64,000 nt of DNA from the NCBI GenBank assembly GCA_043228905.1, contig JBHGNT010000005.1, forward strand, positions 6,820,001 to 6,884,000, given 5' to 3'. The DNA comes from Azolla caroliniana (Eukaryota > Plantae > Polypodiophyta). The notes beneath the pieces are model-generated. The model was not told where the DNA came from. It worked only from the letters and a program-made list of their open reading frames with translations, and ran no database searches. Position 1 is the stretch's first letter. Each line of letters begins with the position of its first letter. Both the position numbers and the translations under genes were made by a program. Positions 25,127 through 38,100 of this stretch are shown in pieces.

Positions 25127-27769
25127 ACGTGTTAACATGGAGGCATGTAACTACCTTATTTGAGTTAAGCCATACACACCCACAACCTTTTATAAGACAT
25201 TTGGCTTTTCTGGGTTCAAGTTGCAAGGTGAATGATAAATAATTGTAGGTAAATATTCTACAATAATCATTATTATGACCTTTACATTGAATTGAGTTTT
25301 TAGAACATATAATAGTTTTTTTTTGTAGTTTAATTTGCGGATAAGAAGCTAAAGAAGAAATTGCCTCACAATGTACTTTGTAAATGATGTGTTGTTTAAT
25401 CGTTATATATGATATTCACATGGGGAGTCAATAGATCCTCCTACATGCATAATTCTACCAAGATCAAATCATCCGAATAAGCTTGACTTTGATTGCAAAC
25501 TAATGCTTATGTGACACGTTCCTAGTTGAAAGTCTTCGAGTGAGAGGTTATGCATGCAACCATCATTTGCAATTCTCACGATCCCATCATTTCCATGCCA
25601 TGTTGCTTTATAAAACCAAAACAAATTCAAAAATCAATACCTATGCAAAGTTGTGGGGATGCATAAAATGTGGACGCGTAGACGACAAAATGCAAAGGGA
25701 GATGGAACCAAGGGGCAAATGATGAAAAGTAGATGAATGTAAATGATTGAAACAATCATTAATATCAACATTCACACCATTTTCATTTATACCCCATTTA
25801 CTTATCATGAAGATCTCTTCCTAATCTAGCTCCACGAGTGAATGTTTTCATGAGAGCATATCCAATGCCATATATATGAGCATTTGAATTGACTAGTGTT
25901 ATGTGCATAAACATACATGATCATGAGATAGGCTTTCTGTATTTTCCCTAATCTTAATATGAGCATGTATTTTCCCTAATCTTAATACGAGCATGTGCGG
26001 GGTAATTCTAAAAGGAACAAAGGTGTGAATTGTAATATTCAATTCTATGGTGTGGGACAACTATTAAGTGTGAACACAATAGGGGCCTAGGGTTTCTACC
26101 TACATAGGAATGTAGCCAATTTTAACGCCTACAAACCAAAGACAAGTAAAGATACATTGAACATTGATACGTTCATAGTGAACAAATCCTTGGCTACTAT
26201 GGAAGGTAAGTTTCCTTGTGAGGAAAACACATACATACATATATGCATTGAGAAGTGGTGAGATAGCTAGCTATTGATGTGTAGATATCAGGGACCATAT
26301 TTCGAGAACGTTGGGAACTATATCTTAACCAAAGGTGGCTGAGGAAAGAACCTCATCTTTAGAGAATTGATCCAAATGCTGGAGCTTTGGATCTGATTAC
26401 AAATTACAATGAAGAAAACCCATCAAATTACCCATGTGTATGTATGGAGATTCTCATTTGGTATGGAGCAAGAGAGAGCGAGTGAGTCTTACGGAAATTT
26501 TGAAAGCCAAAGGAGGGAGGGAGCAGCACAATCTTCCCGCCAATTCCTGTCTTTACGTTCTTCTAATTATTTATGTATGAAAAGGTCGAAAGACTTATTT
26601 ATTTGTAAAGGGGGGGGGGGGAGGAAACAACGTGGGACCCATGGAGGAAGGAAGGAAGAATTGGTTTTTGTTATTATGTATATGTTGCTGATTGATTGTT
26701 ATTTACAACATGTTTGTGTGATGCAGACTGACTTACTTACACAAGAGATGATGAATAAAACCAAAAGAAACAGAACATGAGAAGAACTAAAACACAAGAG
26801 GATGATGGATGGAATGAATTGAATCGAATCCAAATGAGTGGCCACGAGTCACGACTCATCATCACCGGGAAGGCTTTTGGGACCCCCCCTACCCTACAAT
26901 TGTAGACTAGTAGTAATAATTGTACTAATAATAGGCGGTAAATTTCCAATCAATCATTAATATCCAACACTAATAATCATCCTGCTATATAAAATAACAG
27001 CCGCTACAAACGACAGCAACTGCAACTGCAACGACAGCACTCACTGTATTATGCATATTCGTCCCAGAAATAGAAATATGCTCCATTATTACTACGTTCT
27101 GATTTTCGACTCAATTACCTCCTTCTGTTCTTATTTGTGGTTTTGCCATATATCCTTAATAATTCGTACATAATTGCTTTCCAAAGTTTGAAATTTGGAA
27201 GCGCGTTTTTTGTTTTCCCCTTTGTCGAACTAAATCTTACATTTGCCTTTTCTAATTCAAAAATTGCTTTTTAAGTTTTTTGTATTTTGTTTTTGTTTTT
27301 TCCGGAATCACGTGAAAAAGAGGAAAAGCCTGCCTGCCTGCCCACTTCCACTTTTCCTAATTCCCCCTTATTATTTAATTTTCTATAATTAGAGGAGAAA
27401 AAGAAAAAGAAAACAAATTCATATGTATTGTGGTGAAAAACAAAAATTGTGGTTGGGAAATAATTACGGACACAAAAATAAAGAGATAAAAGCCAAAAAT
27501 AAAACGAAAAGCTTTTGGGAATGAGAGTTTTTTATGTATTTTGTTTGTTCAAAATCGATCGATTCAAATCATCAAATAGGAAACGAAAAACAAAACAAGA
27601 AATAAAATCGAATTTAATGCAAAAACGAATAATAAAAAATAATGGGAGATATCATTTATTTCATTTAACTAATTAAGAAAAAGTGAAATTGTTTTTTGTT
27701 TTTTGGAAAATAAAATAAAATCGATTTAGGGTAAAGAAACGACCTTTTCTTGTTTCAAACTCAAAAAAG

Positions 27770-29902
27770 AAGGAAATTGAAAAAAACAGAAGACAGGAAA
27801 AGAAGAAAGACGAAGACGAAGATCTCTGAGAAGCGCTCTCTGTCTCTCTGCATACATACAGACCAAAGAAGAAGCTGAAGGAGAAGAAGAAGGACAAAGA
27901 CAGCCAGAAAGAAGGAAAAAGGATCCAAATCACGAAAGAAAGAAACGAAAAAGATCACTCTGAGAACCTCTGATACGGAGAAGAAGAACATCTCCGATAA
28001 GCTCTGTTTACAGGTAGGACGAAGAACCGGAAGAAGAAAGGGAAGGCAGAAAGTAGATTGAAGAAGGTCTGTGAGAGATTCTGTGTACAGAGAAGAGAAA
28101 GAAAGAAAGAAGACGACGAAGAATTAAGGAAGATCATAGAAGCTGTTCCGTAAGCACCACGTCAGAAGAAAGAAGAAGGTAAGAAGATCCACGAAGCTCA
28201 GCGTACCTATAAGAGAAAGAAAGTCTGGGAAGCTCCGTATGCAGAGAAGTAGATGATAAAGGGTTGAAAACGTATGTGCGCAAGAGTTAGAAGTGTAAGG
28301 CGAAGTTCGGAGATGCGCACAGAAGGAGCAAAAACGAAGCTCAGAGAGAAAGAAAATTTCATTCTTTGAGAAAGGCTTACAAGTTTCAATTTCATCTTTT
28401 AGGTGAATGCGAGAGAAGCAGAAAAAGCTACTAAAGCCTCTCAGAAGAAAAGAAAGAGAAGGATCTTCATATTCGTCCCTTCAAAGCAAGAGGAAGAAAG
28501 ACCGACACGTTCGATTCGTCCACTCAGAGAGAGCGACGGAAAGAGCGGGAACAGGAAAGGAAAAAGAGAAATTTTGATCTGATTCGTGTGTTACAGAGAA
28601 GATACACTAGCTGTGATTTCTTCTGAGGATGTCTTTAGCTCATCTCCACTTCTCAGTTTTGTCTTTGCTTCTCATTTCCTTTCTTTCATCCTTTGCTGTG
28701 TTCTCTTTTGCTACCACACCATTGCAGCTTCCATTCCTCTTCATTTAAGCTTTTCTTGCCATATCATCTTCTATTACTCTCCTTTAAGTCATCATTTCCC
28801 GTCACTAAACTTTTTCTTCGCCATTAAAGCTTGCTTCCTGTCTTTAACCATATAAGTAACGGTTGATCTCCTCCTTTACTCAGTTCTCCTTTCTCTGAAA
28901 TCTTGGCATTTCTTCTTCTTCCTCTATGAGACCCTGATGTTTCGTCTTTTCCTCTGAAACAGTCATTTCCGCTTATTACTCTCCGTAACACAATGATTAA
29001 TCTTTAGCCTGTCTTCCTGTTGTAATATAGTCTTTCCATCGAATCTTTTCCTTCTTTACAAGTTTTTTCTTCCAACTAAAGTTTTCTTAATCCTTCTCCA
29101 TCTTCCTAGAAAGAAGATAAATCCTCGTCTTAAGATTGTTTTCTTAATAAATGTCTGCATGCGATGCACGAAAATGTGGGACAGTAGCTGCTTGCTACAA
29201 GGGTTAATGCTCTTCTACAGATAACATTATTCGGCATTAGATATATTCAGCACAGCTCTCTGTGTGATTTGTTTAATATATATATCATGGCGTTTGCTGT
29301 TGATCAAGGATGTAATCAATCCATAATTGGATCTTGTTTGCTCTCTGAACATGATCCTTCCAAAAGAAGCTTCCGAGCTTCTTCTTGGATCCCTGAGAAC
29401 GAGAACGAGAACGAGGCCAGAGTGCAAGGTGAGGTCTAAAGACACGCGCACACACATGATATATGTATATACATGTGCACACCGTAATAGCTGTAAATGT
29501 CTTTTAATCCCTTGGAGATAGAATTGAGCATTAAATACTTATAGTCTTCCATATATGGCCTTTAAGTTCGTGCTTGCATCAGTTTTTTTTAAGAATATTT
29601 CTTTCTGTCTCCGTATACTCTCTGTGTTGTCAAAAGTATGAGCTTTCATCAGTTTCTTGCTAGCTACCTTTCTTTCTGTATCCTTATACTACCTATAGCT
29701 ACAAGATGCGAGGTTCTATAGTTTCTTTCTGTGTCAACGGACTATCTGTAGCAAAAAGTCTGAGGTTTCATCACTTTTGTTTTTAAAATCTATCTTTCTT
29801 TTCTTCATATTTGTAGGTTTCTTTGCTGCAGCATCTGAGCGCCTTGTAAAATACCACGATCCAGCTCTGAAGCTCTCAGAACCGACATTTATACCAGATG
29901 CC
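27770..29902 (+). promoter_or_regulatory. Probable long, spliced 5' leader of the LIN52-like gene
   Basis: GAA-rich segment at about 27770-28600 follows an AT-rich promoter-like zone. Candidate donors CAG|GTAGGA (~28013), AAG|GTAAGA (~28178) and AAG|GTGAGG (~29428); strong acceptor TTGTAG at 29816. Exact exon usage unknown. Confidence 0.45.
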
Positions 29903-29917
29903 ATGGCGTGTGAGCAA
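29903..29917 (+). CDS. LIN52-like protein, coding exon 1 (MACEQ)
   Basis: GCCATGGCG start context; CAA|GTAGGC donor; phase-0 join to the acceptor ending at 30621. Confidence 0.6.
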
Positions 29918-30621
29918 GTAGGCCTTTTAAAACTATCTATTTGTCTGAGTTTGCAACATCTGTGAGTTTATGACTTCAACTTTTTGTGAATGTATCCATG
30001 CTTTTAGGATAGGTTTATGTATATGTGTTATGAACTTAACTGACATGTATATATTATTGAATTTCTTTGAATCTGTGCATCAGGGTTCAACACTCTATCA
30101 GAGTATCTGTATCTTGAACTTACTGTATTGTCTGATATATGTGAACGTATCTCTGTAGTAAACATAGCTGAATGCAGTTGAGTTTCGGTTTGGTCAACAG
30201 TATATATTCTTTGGAACTGTAGCTGGAACTGCTATAAAACTTTGAGCGTTAAACTGCTGTGAATCTATGTTTTTTCTGAGATGCTATTCATGAATCTATC
30301 TATATCCCGAACTTCTGCTGGTATATCTGTATTAAACATAGCTGAATGCAGTTGAGGTTTGAACTCTTCGAACTGTACTTGAGGCTTATATGAAATTTTG
30401 TGTTTGAAACTTCATTCAGCTATGTTTAATAAACTCTTGGAACCGTACTAGACGCATCTATTCAATTCTTGACTTTATAAACTGTTTGAATGTGTCATTG
30501 GTCTATATGATCACTTTGTTTTTATTTTCTGTTGTGTCTGTGGATATTTCTGATTTTATATAATTGTGTAGCTTTGTATTATGTCTTGTTAATTGCAAAC
30601 CTATTTGTCCCGTATTTGTAG

Positions 30622-32302
30622 ATGCAGCTGACAACAGATGTAGCTCCTTGTACACCATTGCCATCACTTTCTCGGCATGTTGCTCAGAGACATGAAGTTA
30701 CCGATCCTACATCGTCACTTCCTTCACTGTGTCTAAGCATTGGTTCGCCAGGTCCTTATCCAACAACAGGAAATGAAAAATCGTCAGTAAATGATCAGTC
30801 ATATGCCTCTAAACTTTTCACTTATCCACTTGTTGTACAGTCTTCTTGTCCTTTGTCACCAAACTTGCCTAAGTCTTTCAATGCACATCAAATAAATTCT
30901 CAGTTGCCACACTCCGAGGTATATGATAGGAATTTTCCATCTTTGTTGAGGCCAAATCAGCCTGTGAACAGCCAAAAAGCTCATTATAATCAATTGTCTC
31001 TAGGTACATCTAGGCCAAATCAGCCTGTGAACAGCCATGAAGCTCATCATAATCAACTGTCTCTAGGTCCTTGTGGAGAGATATTAAATCAGAAGAATTC
31101 ATGTACTTCAAGGTTTTCTTTCATTGAAGCTTTAACTTCAGAATGCACAGATGATGTGCAGCTTGGCCAACCGGAGAATGTTATACACCATAGCATTCTT
31201 CCGGAACGTGATGGTAGAATACCCATTTGTTATAGTCCAAGTAAGGGAAGAAGTGAAAGTATTTCATTTTTCTCAGAAAAAACTAGTAAAATTTTTGATT
31301 TGCAACATGACGACTCTATTGAAACTTTCAAAGGGTCCCTTTGTGTTAGTGCTAGCCATAGAACAACGAATTGCATCATCACCTCTCAAGCATCAGAGAT
31401 CCTATTAGATCAGAGCAGAGAATCTTCTCCTTTCTTGCACTCCACTCAACCCAAGGAAGCAACACTCTCTCTCTCACAGGTTTTGCCTGCCAGCATTTCT
31501 GAACCTTCAGCGATAAAAACCAAGCAAGATTGGAATGCATTGAAATCCATTGAGTATGTACAGATGTTACCTGATTTCTTTGCACAGCAGAAGGTCAATG
31601 TGAAACAACTTGACATATTATCTGAAAATAACCTTAATGACAGAGGAAACCCTGAGAAGAGATGTAAACTTTTGTTCTCAGAAGAAAACACAGGGGAATT
31701 GTCTTGTGGAGAATATAATGCAAAACTGTTGGCACACAGGGAGTATATGGTGAAGCATCAAGATGATCAACATAGCTGTGGATTGGGATCTTTAAGTGCA
31801 AATATCAAGTGGAATGATGAACGTCTTAGGAATGTAGATATTTCAAAAGTCAACTCGGAGACTAAACAAGAAACCATGGAAAATAGGATTGTTAGAGAGA
31901 ATTCTTGCTCTGATGTAGCTACTTTGAATTCTCCTCCCGGACCATGTGCAGGAAATAGTGTTTTGTCAGAAAATAACATACACATGGATGAAATGAAATC
32001 AATTGAGCTGGCTAAAGAATTGACCTCAGGTGTGAATGATTTACAAGGTTTTCCGAGACAACAAGAGCTGGAGAAAACTGTAGTCGAATGGGGTGAATCT
32101 ACACCAGTGAGCGTTGTTAAGGGCTCTCTAGTAGTAGATGGAGATTGGGGAAAATTTCTTGCTCTGTCTGCCACACCTGTGCCTGTTGCGCAATCTATGG
32201 CAGAGATAAGTTGTGAGGTTCTACCATTTCAACAACGATTTAAACAGTTGCAAATGTTCTTGAAGCAGTGTGATGAGTCTGATCAAACATACTGTTTGGA
32301 AG
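30622..32302 (+). CDS. LIN52: LIN52-like protein, large exon (long Ser/Asn/Glu-rich region plus start of the conserved C-terminal domain)
   Basis: About 560 uninterrupted codons after a TTGTAG acceptor; ends FQQRFKQLQMFLKQCDESDQTYCLE-G|GT. Family assignment rests on recognising the C-terminal domain. Confidence 0.8.
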
Positions 32303-32366
32303 GTATAGTTCACGATCTTCTCCTATTTTAATTTTCTTATATGAAATAGATTATCTTTCTGTTTGT

Positions 32367-32621
32367 GGGGAAAAATATGAAGAATACCCCTTGTTTTTTA
32401 ACAAATTTACCAGGATACCCATATCGTCATGTGATGAACACCATTAGCACCCCTAACATTATTAATTGTCATTATACCCCTATGGTATTTTAAAAGGGTA
32501 AATACCTTCACTTTGGTAATATTTTGGATAAACTTTCTTAGGGCTATTCTGGTAACCTGTGTCAAGTAAAGGGTGTTCTTGTAACTTGTTGCAAAGTTAA
32601 AGGTATTTGGTGTTTTCCTCC
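32367..32621. mobile_element. Probable Mutator-type MITE relic in an intron
   Basis: Degenerate inverted ends GGGGAAAAATATGAAGAATACCCCTT / AAAGGTATTTGGTGTTTTCCTCC with internal TACCC/GGGTA motifs. No clear TSD. Confidence 0.4.
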
Positions 32622-32967
32622 TAAATTGTGAGAATATACCCCCTACGCTTTGAAAAATTACCAGAGTCTCGATTAAATCAAATCAAATCAACAAGGTATT
32701 AAATAATGGTAATTATGGGCTATTAAAACTCTTATTTGTATTAATAATGGGCTAAAAGTAGAGAGGGGGAGCCTCTCATAATAACTATAAATATCTTTTA
32801 TTTCCAGTTAACTGACGTCTCATAATATTGTTTATTATTAACTATAAATAACTTTTATTTTTAGTATTTGCTAATAGGTAAGTATTGTTTTTGGTTGTGA
32901 GATAGATTTTTTGCTCTTTTGTTCTATCTGAATTGTGTTTCTAATTAAAAGATGGATGGATATTCAG

Positions 32968-33051
32968 CTCTACGATTGCTCTCTGCAGCTGAGAGGAGTG
33001 GACGTGCTGTGGCGCTTGAGACTCGGGCAGTTAATCTCTCCATGGAAGAAG
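32968..33051 (+). CDS. LIN52: LIN52-like protein, exon 3
   Basis: CAG acceptor; 84-bp phase-1 exon ALRLLSAAERSGRAVALETRAVNLSMEEG; GTATGT donor. Matches the plant LIN52-type motif LxxLSxxExSxxAVxLExRxxxLSxEE. Confidence 0.8.
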
Positions 33052-33443
33052 GTATGTAGGAAGTATCTCTTTGCATGAAATGAGTGTTCAAACTCATAAA
33101 ATGACTGAAGTAGAAAACCTAGTTAAGATAATTTATCAGGATTAACTAACCTTCATACAGTATGAATAAGATCAAACATCTGGTGGATATGATTATATAA
33201 TAGAGCGTGAAGTTCTACCAACTCTCATGATGTTCATAGTGTGAATAAGATCAAAATTACGAAGGGCGGTCGAGAGACGGGCATGTGAAACATGATTATC
33301 TATTATGTACTAACACCTTGATGGCCTATGGGGATGTTCAAATTTTCCAATGAAGAGAGTAAAAGATGAATATACTCTAGATCTTATTTATCCTCATTTT
33401 TATTTCAAGAAGACTGTAAAGCAAATGGATAAGTGAAATGTTT

Positions 33444-33714
33444 ATGTTTATCCACTATCATATTTTAGTAAGATACTGGACTTGTAACTACAATATCACA
33501 AGTTCGAAGAATATATGAGATCATAGACTAGTAATGTTGGCAAAGATACTCGACTCAGAACTATGACATAAAGGTTTAGGGTTTAGGTTTTGCATCTAGA
33601 GTCATTACACATCCCATTCGATATGCTTACACCCACATGCAATAAGGAGGTTATTAGGTTTTGTAGAGGTCCCAATTGGATTGATAGGGCACCTTGGCTA
33701 TTTCCCTATAAAAA
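33444..33714 (+). repeat. Left arm of an approximately 270-bp inverted repeat pair
   Basis: Reverse complement of 34912-35186, e.g. AGTAATGTTGGCAAAGATACTCGACTC versus GAGTCGAGTATCTTTGCCAACATTACT. Confidence 0.9.
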
Positions 33715-33841
33715 TGAGAGTAAATAAGTCTAAAACCTATGAATGTATTTATACTGCTAATCTGAATGTCAGTCATTTATTTCCTACTTTATGATTATTG
33801 CGACAATTCAAATAAAACGTCTGTATTTTTTTCTCATGTAG

Positions 33842-33969
33842 GCAAAGAGCTCAAGAGAATGAAGATGCTAAATGTGCTTAGTAAGTATTCGGACTCAAGC
33901 ATAACACCGCAAGGTCCTAAACTACCTGCTCCGGGTACAACAATTCTACAAGTGAAACAAGAATCATAA
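33842..33969 (+). CDS. LIN52: LIN52-like protein, last coding exon
   Basis: TGTAG acceptor; in-frame KELKRMKMLNVLSK...QES*. Parallels the animal LIN52 tail REMTRGKFLNIL. Confidence 0.8.
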
Positions 33970-34911
33970 AGGAAGATAAATTTTTATCCATGAACGTTTG
34001 ATGTAGTAGGTTCCTTAAAAAGAAAGAGCTATTTTTTATACTGAACATTAGAAAAGCCCTAGTTTTCATGCACGGATTTCTGTATGAGAGTGTTACATAC
34101 ATCCACCGACAATTAGCATGAAACAAATACCAGAATGAGCCTGATGTTAATTCTAGATTACGTGCGTGACCGTGAAGAAAAATGATTGTTATGGGTCATA
34201 GCTCTCAATCTCGAGTATTATTGTTATAGGACAATGTTGACTTAGTGGCCCAATCAACATATCATCTTGTATGTGACTTTGCTGAAAGGGGCTACTATTA
34301 CTTCGCATTAAAAATTGTCTATTGAAAATGATGCATTGAAATTAAGAAATAAAGAAAGTTGAAATTATCTTATGTTTTTGGAAAAAGGTCAACTTTGTTA
34401 GTTGGTAATGCCTATCTATTATACTTGCGGGACATGACAATGAATAGTGGTAATGCATTCACACGCCTTTTTTGTTTATTATGTAATTCCTAATGTTTAA
34501 GGTTTCTCTAGTCATTGGTTTTTTGGAAAATACAGAACATTATATGTAATGCTTTACATGTGTCATGTTTTAAAAAGAATTTTATTATAAAAGAGAATTT
34601 GGAAAATGGTTAAAAATGCTATGTGTTCCTTTACAAGGATTGTATCTTTTTGAGCTTCCATATCAATGTATTTAATGTCCTAAAGGTTCTTAAACATGGG
34701 GAGGTTTGGCAATGATGTGTTTTGTGATTATTTGTGCAAGCCGGGATTACCATTGAAATAGTGTAAGGGGATATATATGTAAATGAATATTCCTTCAACA
34801 TTTTGATGACAATTTTTGACTTATCTAACCTCAATGTGTACGTTATCATAAAAGAGACAATGGTTATAAAAGATTAACATCAAGCTTGATTGGTGGCACT
34901 TACTTGTATCC

Positions 34912-35186
34912 TTTTCATAGGGAAATAGCCAAGGTGCACTATCAATCCAATTGGAACATCTACAAAACCTAATGACCTCCTTGTTGCATGACTTGTGTGT
35001 AAGGATATTGAATGGGATGTGTAATAACGCTAGATGCAAAACCTAAACCCTAAACCTTTGATGTCATAGTTTTGAGTCGAGTATCTTTGCCAACATTACT
35101 AGTATATGATGTCATATATTCATTGAACTTGTGATGTTGTAGTTACAAGTTAGGTATCTTACTAAAATATGGTAGTGGATAAACAT
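34912..35186 (-). repeat. Right arm of the inverted repeat pair
   Basis: Colinear reverse complement of 33444-33714 with scattered substitutions; includes telomere-like AAACCTAAACCCTAAACC. Confidence 0.9.
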
Positions 35187-38100
35187 TAACTTAGGCTTGA
35201 AGAGATTAAGGATCATTCTAGACGTTGCACATATGTTTGACACATGGTGTGATCTCATTCAAGGAAGTAACATGTTGTGGAAAAATGTAGAGAGATACAT
35301 GTTTTAGGAAGATACCAAAAGATTGAAGGTGAATGACGACGCGATGAACACAGTCGCGCAGCCTGCAACCACCATATCTTTTGCCGCCTAGCTTGCCGTC
35401 ACAGCCGAATCATCTCCCGTTGGGTATGGCATGACTGTTGGCCACATGTCTATTGGCTATCTAGCCTTTGTTGATGTGTTTGGCACAATAGCTGAGAACA
35501 AATCGGTGGTTGTGGAAATCAAGGCATCATATGTGCCCAATCCCTTTGAATTTTCTATTGCTTCAACCTTCATCACCACATCTGCCAATCAGGAGCACTT
35601 GCCATGCCGTCGCAAACAATTTCACCGGGGCTCCCGTGCAGGTAACTCGGATATTCTACCCATTTCAGACAGTGCAATAGAGCTCAAGTTGTCGGAACAA
35701 GATTGAACACGGATTGTGCAAGAGATTCAACGTTTGGAGAAGAAGACTATTATTGCGCATGTCTTGGGTCTTCGTCCTACATGTGTTGATCTCCATTTGT
35801 TGCTTCAAGCCGCTTTGAAACAAGATCTTGACAACATTACAGATGTACAAATACTTGGCAGAAATTGAAGCGTAAGTATATGCGGAAATCTATGAGGATC
35901 TGTCTCAGTTCGTACTCAGAAAGACAACACAGAAAAGAGAAGCAAAGATATACACAGATTAAAGCTTTAATGGAAGCTCTATTACGTTCTCTGTCTCTTG
36001 CTCTCTCAGAGACTCGATATTCGATATACGGTCAAGAAGATTATTCTTTACAACTTTAGGTTATTGCTTATATACTAAGCCCCAACAATGTGGACGAGTT
36101 CACACTAGGATACAAACTGGAGGGAGTCGGCCTTTTATGCCAACAAACTTCGCCGACAAAGGACTACTCTTTCCTACATGTACATGCGTTTGGGGTTGTC
36201 TGCCCCGTAAACTTAGATTAGAACACTATTATAGATTTGTGTTATAAGTCGGTCAACATAGGTGAGATCCGTGTCAAGCCTAGCATAGCTCATTATCATG
36301 ATTGATTCAATCGACTCTTACCTTCTGCTCGTTCGACTTTCTTCTGCTTGGTTGCTTGTCGTAGTCCCATCTTTGTTCTTAGTGCTCCGAAGCGTAAATC
36401 TAGGAGTGTCTTTGTCAGGTAATCGGTGATGTTCACCTCGATGTCGATCTTCTAGACTTCGAGCTTCTTCTCAATTGTGAGCTCCCGGATGTGATGATAC
36501 TGCACCTCAATATGCTTCGTCTTTGCGTGATAGGTGAGATTGTTGATGAGGTGTATTGTGCTTTGTGAGTCACAATAGATGGTTGGCTCAGGTCAGTTGG
36601 TTTGGCTTATAACTGAGAAGTCGGCAGACAGTCGATGCAGAAAGATCGCTTCCTTTGATGCCTCCGATGCAGCTATGTACTCTGTTTCTGTGGTCGATAG
36701 AGCTGTGCACTCTTGAAGTTTTGACCTCCATGATATCGCACCACCACCATAGGTGAAGATGTAACCTAATGTCGATTTTCGATTGTCCGTATTCCTGGCA
36801 TAGTCGGAATCGGTGTAGTCTTCGACTTTGGCTGAGGTTGTCAATCCGAAAGTTAACTGTGTATCTTCGGTCCCTCTCAGGTACTTGAAGATGTGCTTGA
36901 CGGCCTCCCAATGCCTCGTCCTGGGTTTGACATGTACCGGTTGACCACTCCTACAACATATGCTAGGTCGGGTCGGGTCGCCACCATTGCGTGCATGATA
37001 CTTCCTACGGCCGATGCGTAGGGCATCTTTTCATTAAGCTCTCTCTCCTTGTCCGTTGAAGGAGAGTCTCTGTTCGATAGTCGAATCGATGTTGGAAGCG
37101 GTGTTGGTGCTAGCTTCGCATTCTGCATGTTGAAGCGCCACAACACCTTCCGCATATAGTCGGTCTGGGAGAGTCGGAGAGTCTTGGTCGTCCGATTTCG
37201 CTCGATCCTCATGCCTAGTATGTGATGGGCTTGTCTGATTTCCTTCATCGCAAACTTGTCATGAAGGCTTCGCTTCAACTTTCCGATCTCTGCTTGATTG
37301 CTTCCTGCAATCAGCATGTCGTCGACATATAGGATCAGGTAAATCCTAGACTCGTCGGCTAGTTGCCGAATATACATGCATGGGTTGGAGTCAGATCTGC
37401 GGTATCCAAGATGCCTGATGTAGGAGTCAAACTTTTGGTACCACATCCTTGGCACTTGTTTCAAGCCATATAGACTTTTCTTTAACCAACATACGAGGTG
37501 ACTATCCTCCCCTGTCGTCGTGAAGCTTGCCGGTTGATACATATAGATGTCTTCTTCCAGATCTCCATGTAGGAATGTTGTTTTTACATCTAGTTGCTCT
37601 AACTCTAGGTTTTCTGTCGCCACAACTCCTAGTAAGAGTCGGAGGGTGGTCATCTTGACTAATGGTGAGAATATCTCGTCGTAGTCGACCCCGTATTCTT
37701 GTTTGAATCCCTTTGTGACGAGCCGAGCTTTGTATGTGGGTTTGTCTGAGTCAGATACATATTTGTATCGGAAAATCCATTTGCAGGGTAGCGGCTTCCT
37801 TCCAGCTAGTAGTTCAACTAGATCCCATGTCTAATTCTTGTGGATCGAGTCCATTTCAGATTTCATGGCTTGTAGCCATGTGTTGGCGTCCGTTGTGGCC
37901 ATAACTTCTTCATAAGTGCTTGGTTTGCCTGCATCGGTGTAGTTGACATAGTCAAGGCCTGGTTGAAAAAACTCTTTTGGCGTTCGAGGTCGTCTAGATC
38001 TCCTGGGTGCTGAGATAAGTGGTTTGGATTCTTCGATTGACTCGGTTGGGCGATCAGTATTTGTTGAACCAGTTGAGTCAAGAGTCTTGTTAGGTGACCC

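Noticed and set aside
24200-25550. Possible decayed DNA-transposon coding sequence
   Set aside because: No continuous recognisable motif set by eye.
33573-33590. Interstitial telomere array
   Set aside because: Only about two TTTAGGG-like units inside a dispersed repeat.
33444-35186. Pack-MULE-like element that captured an exon
   Set aside because: No TSD, and the enclosed exon is in its native, in-frame gene context.
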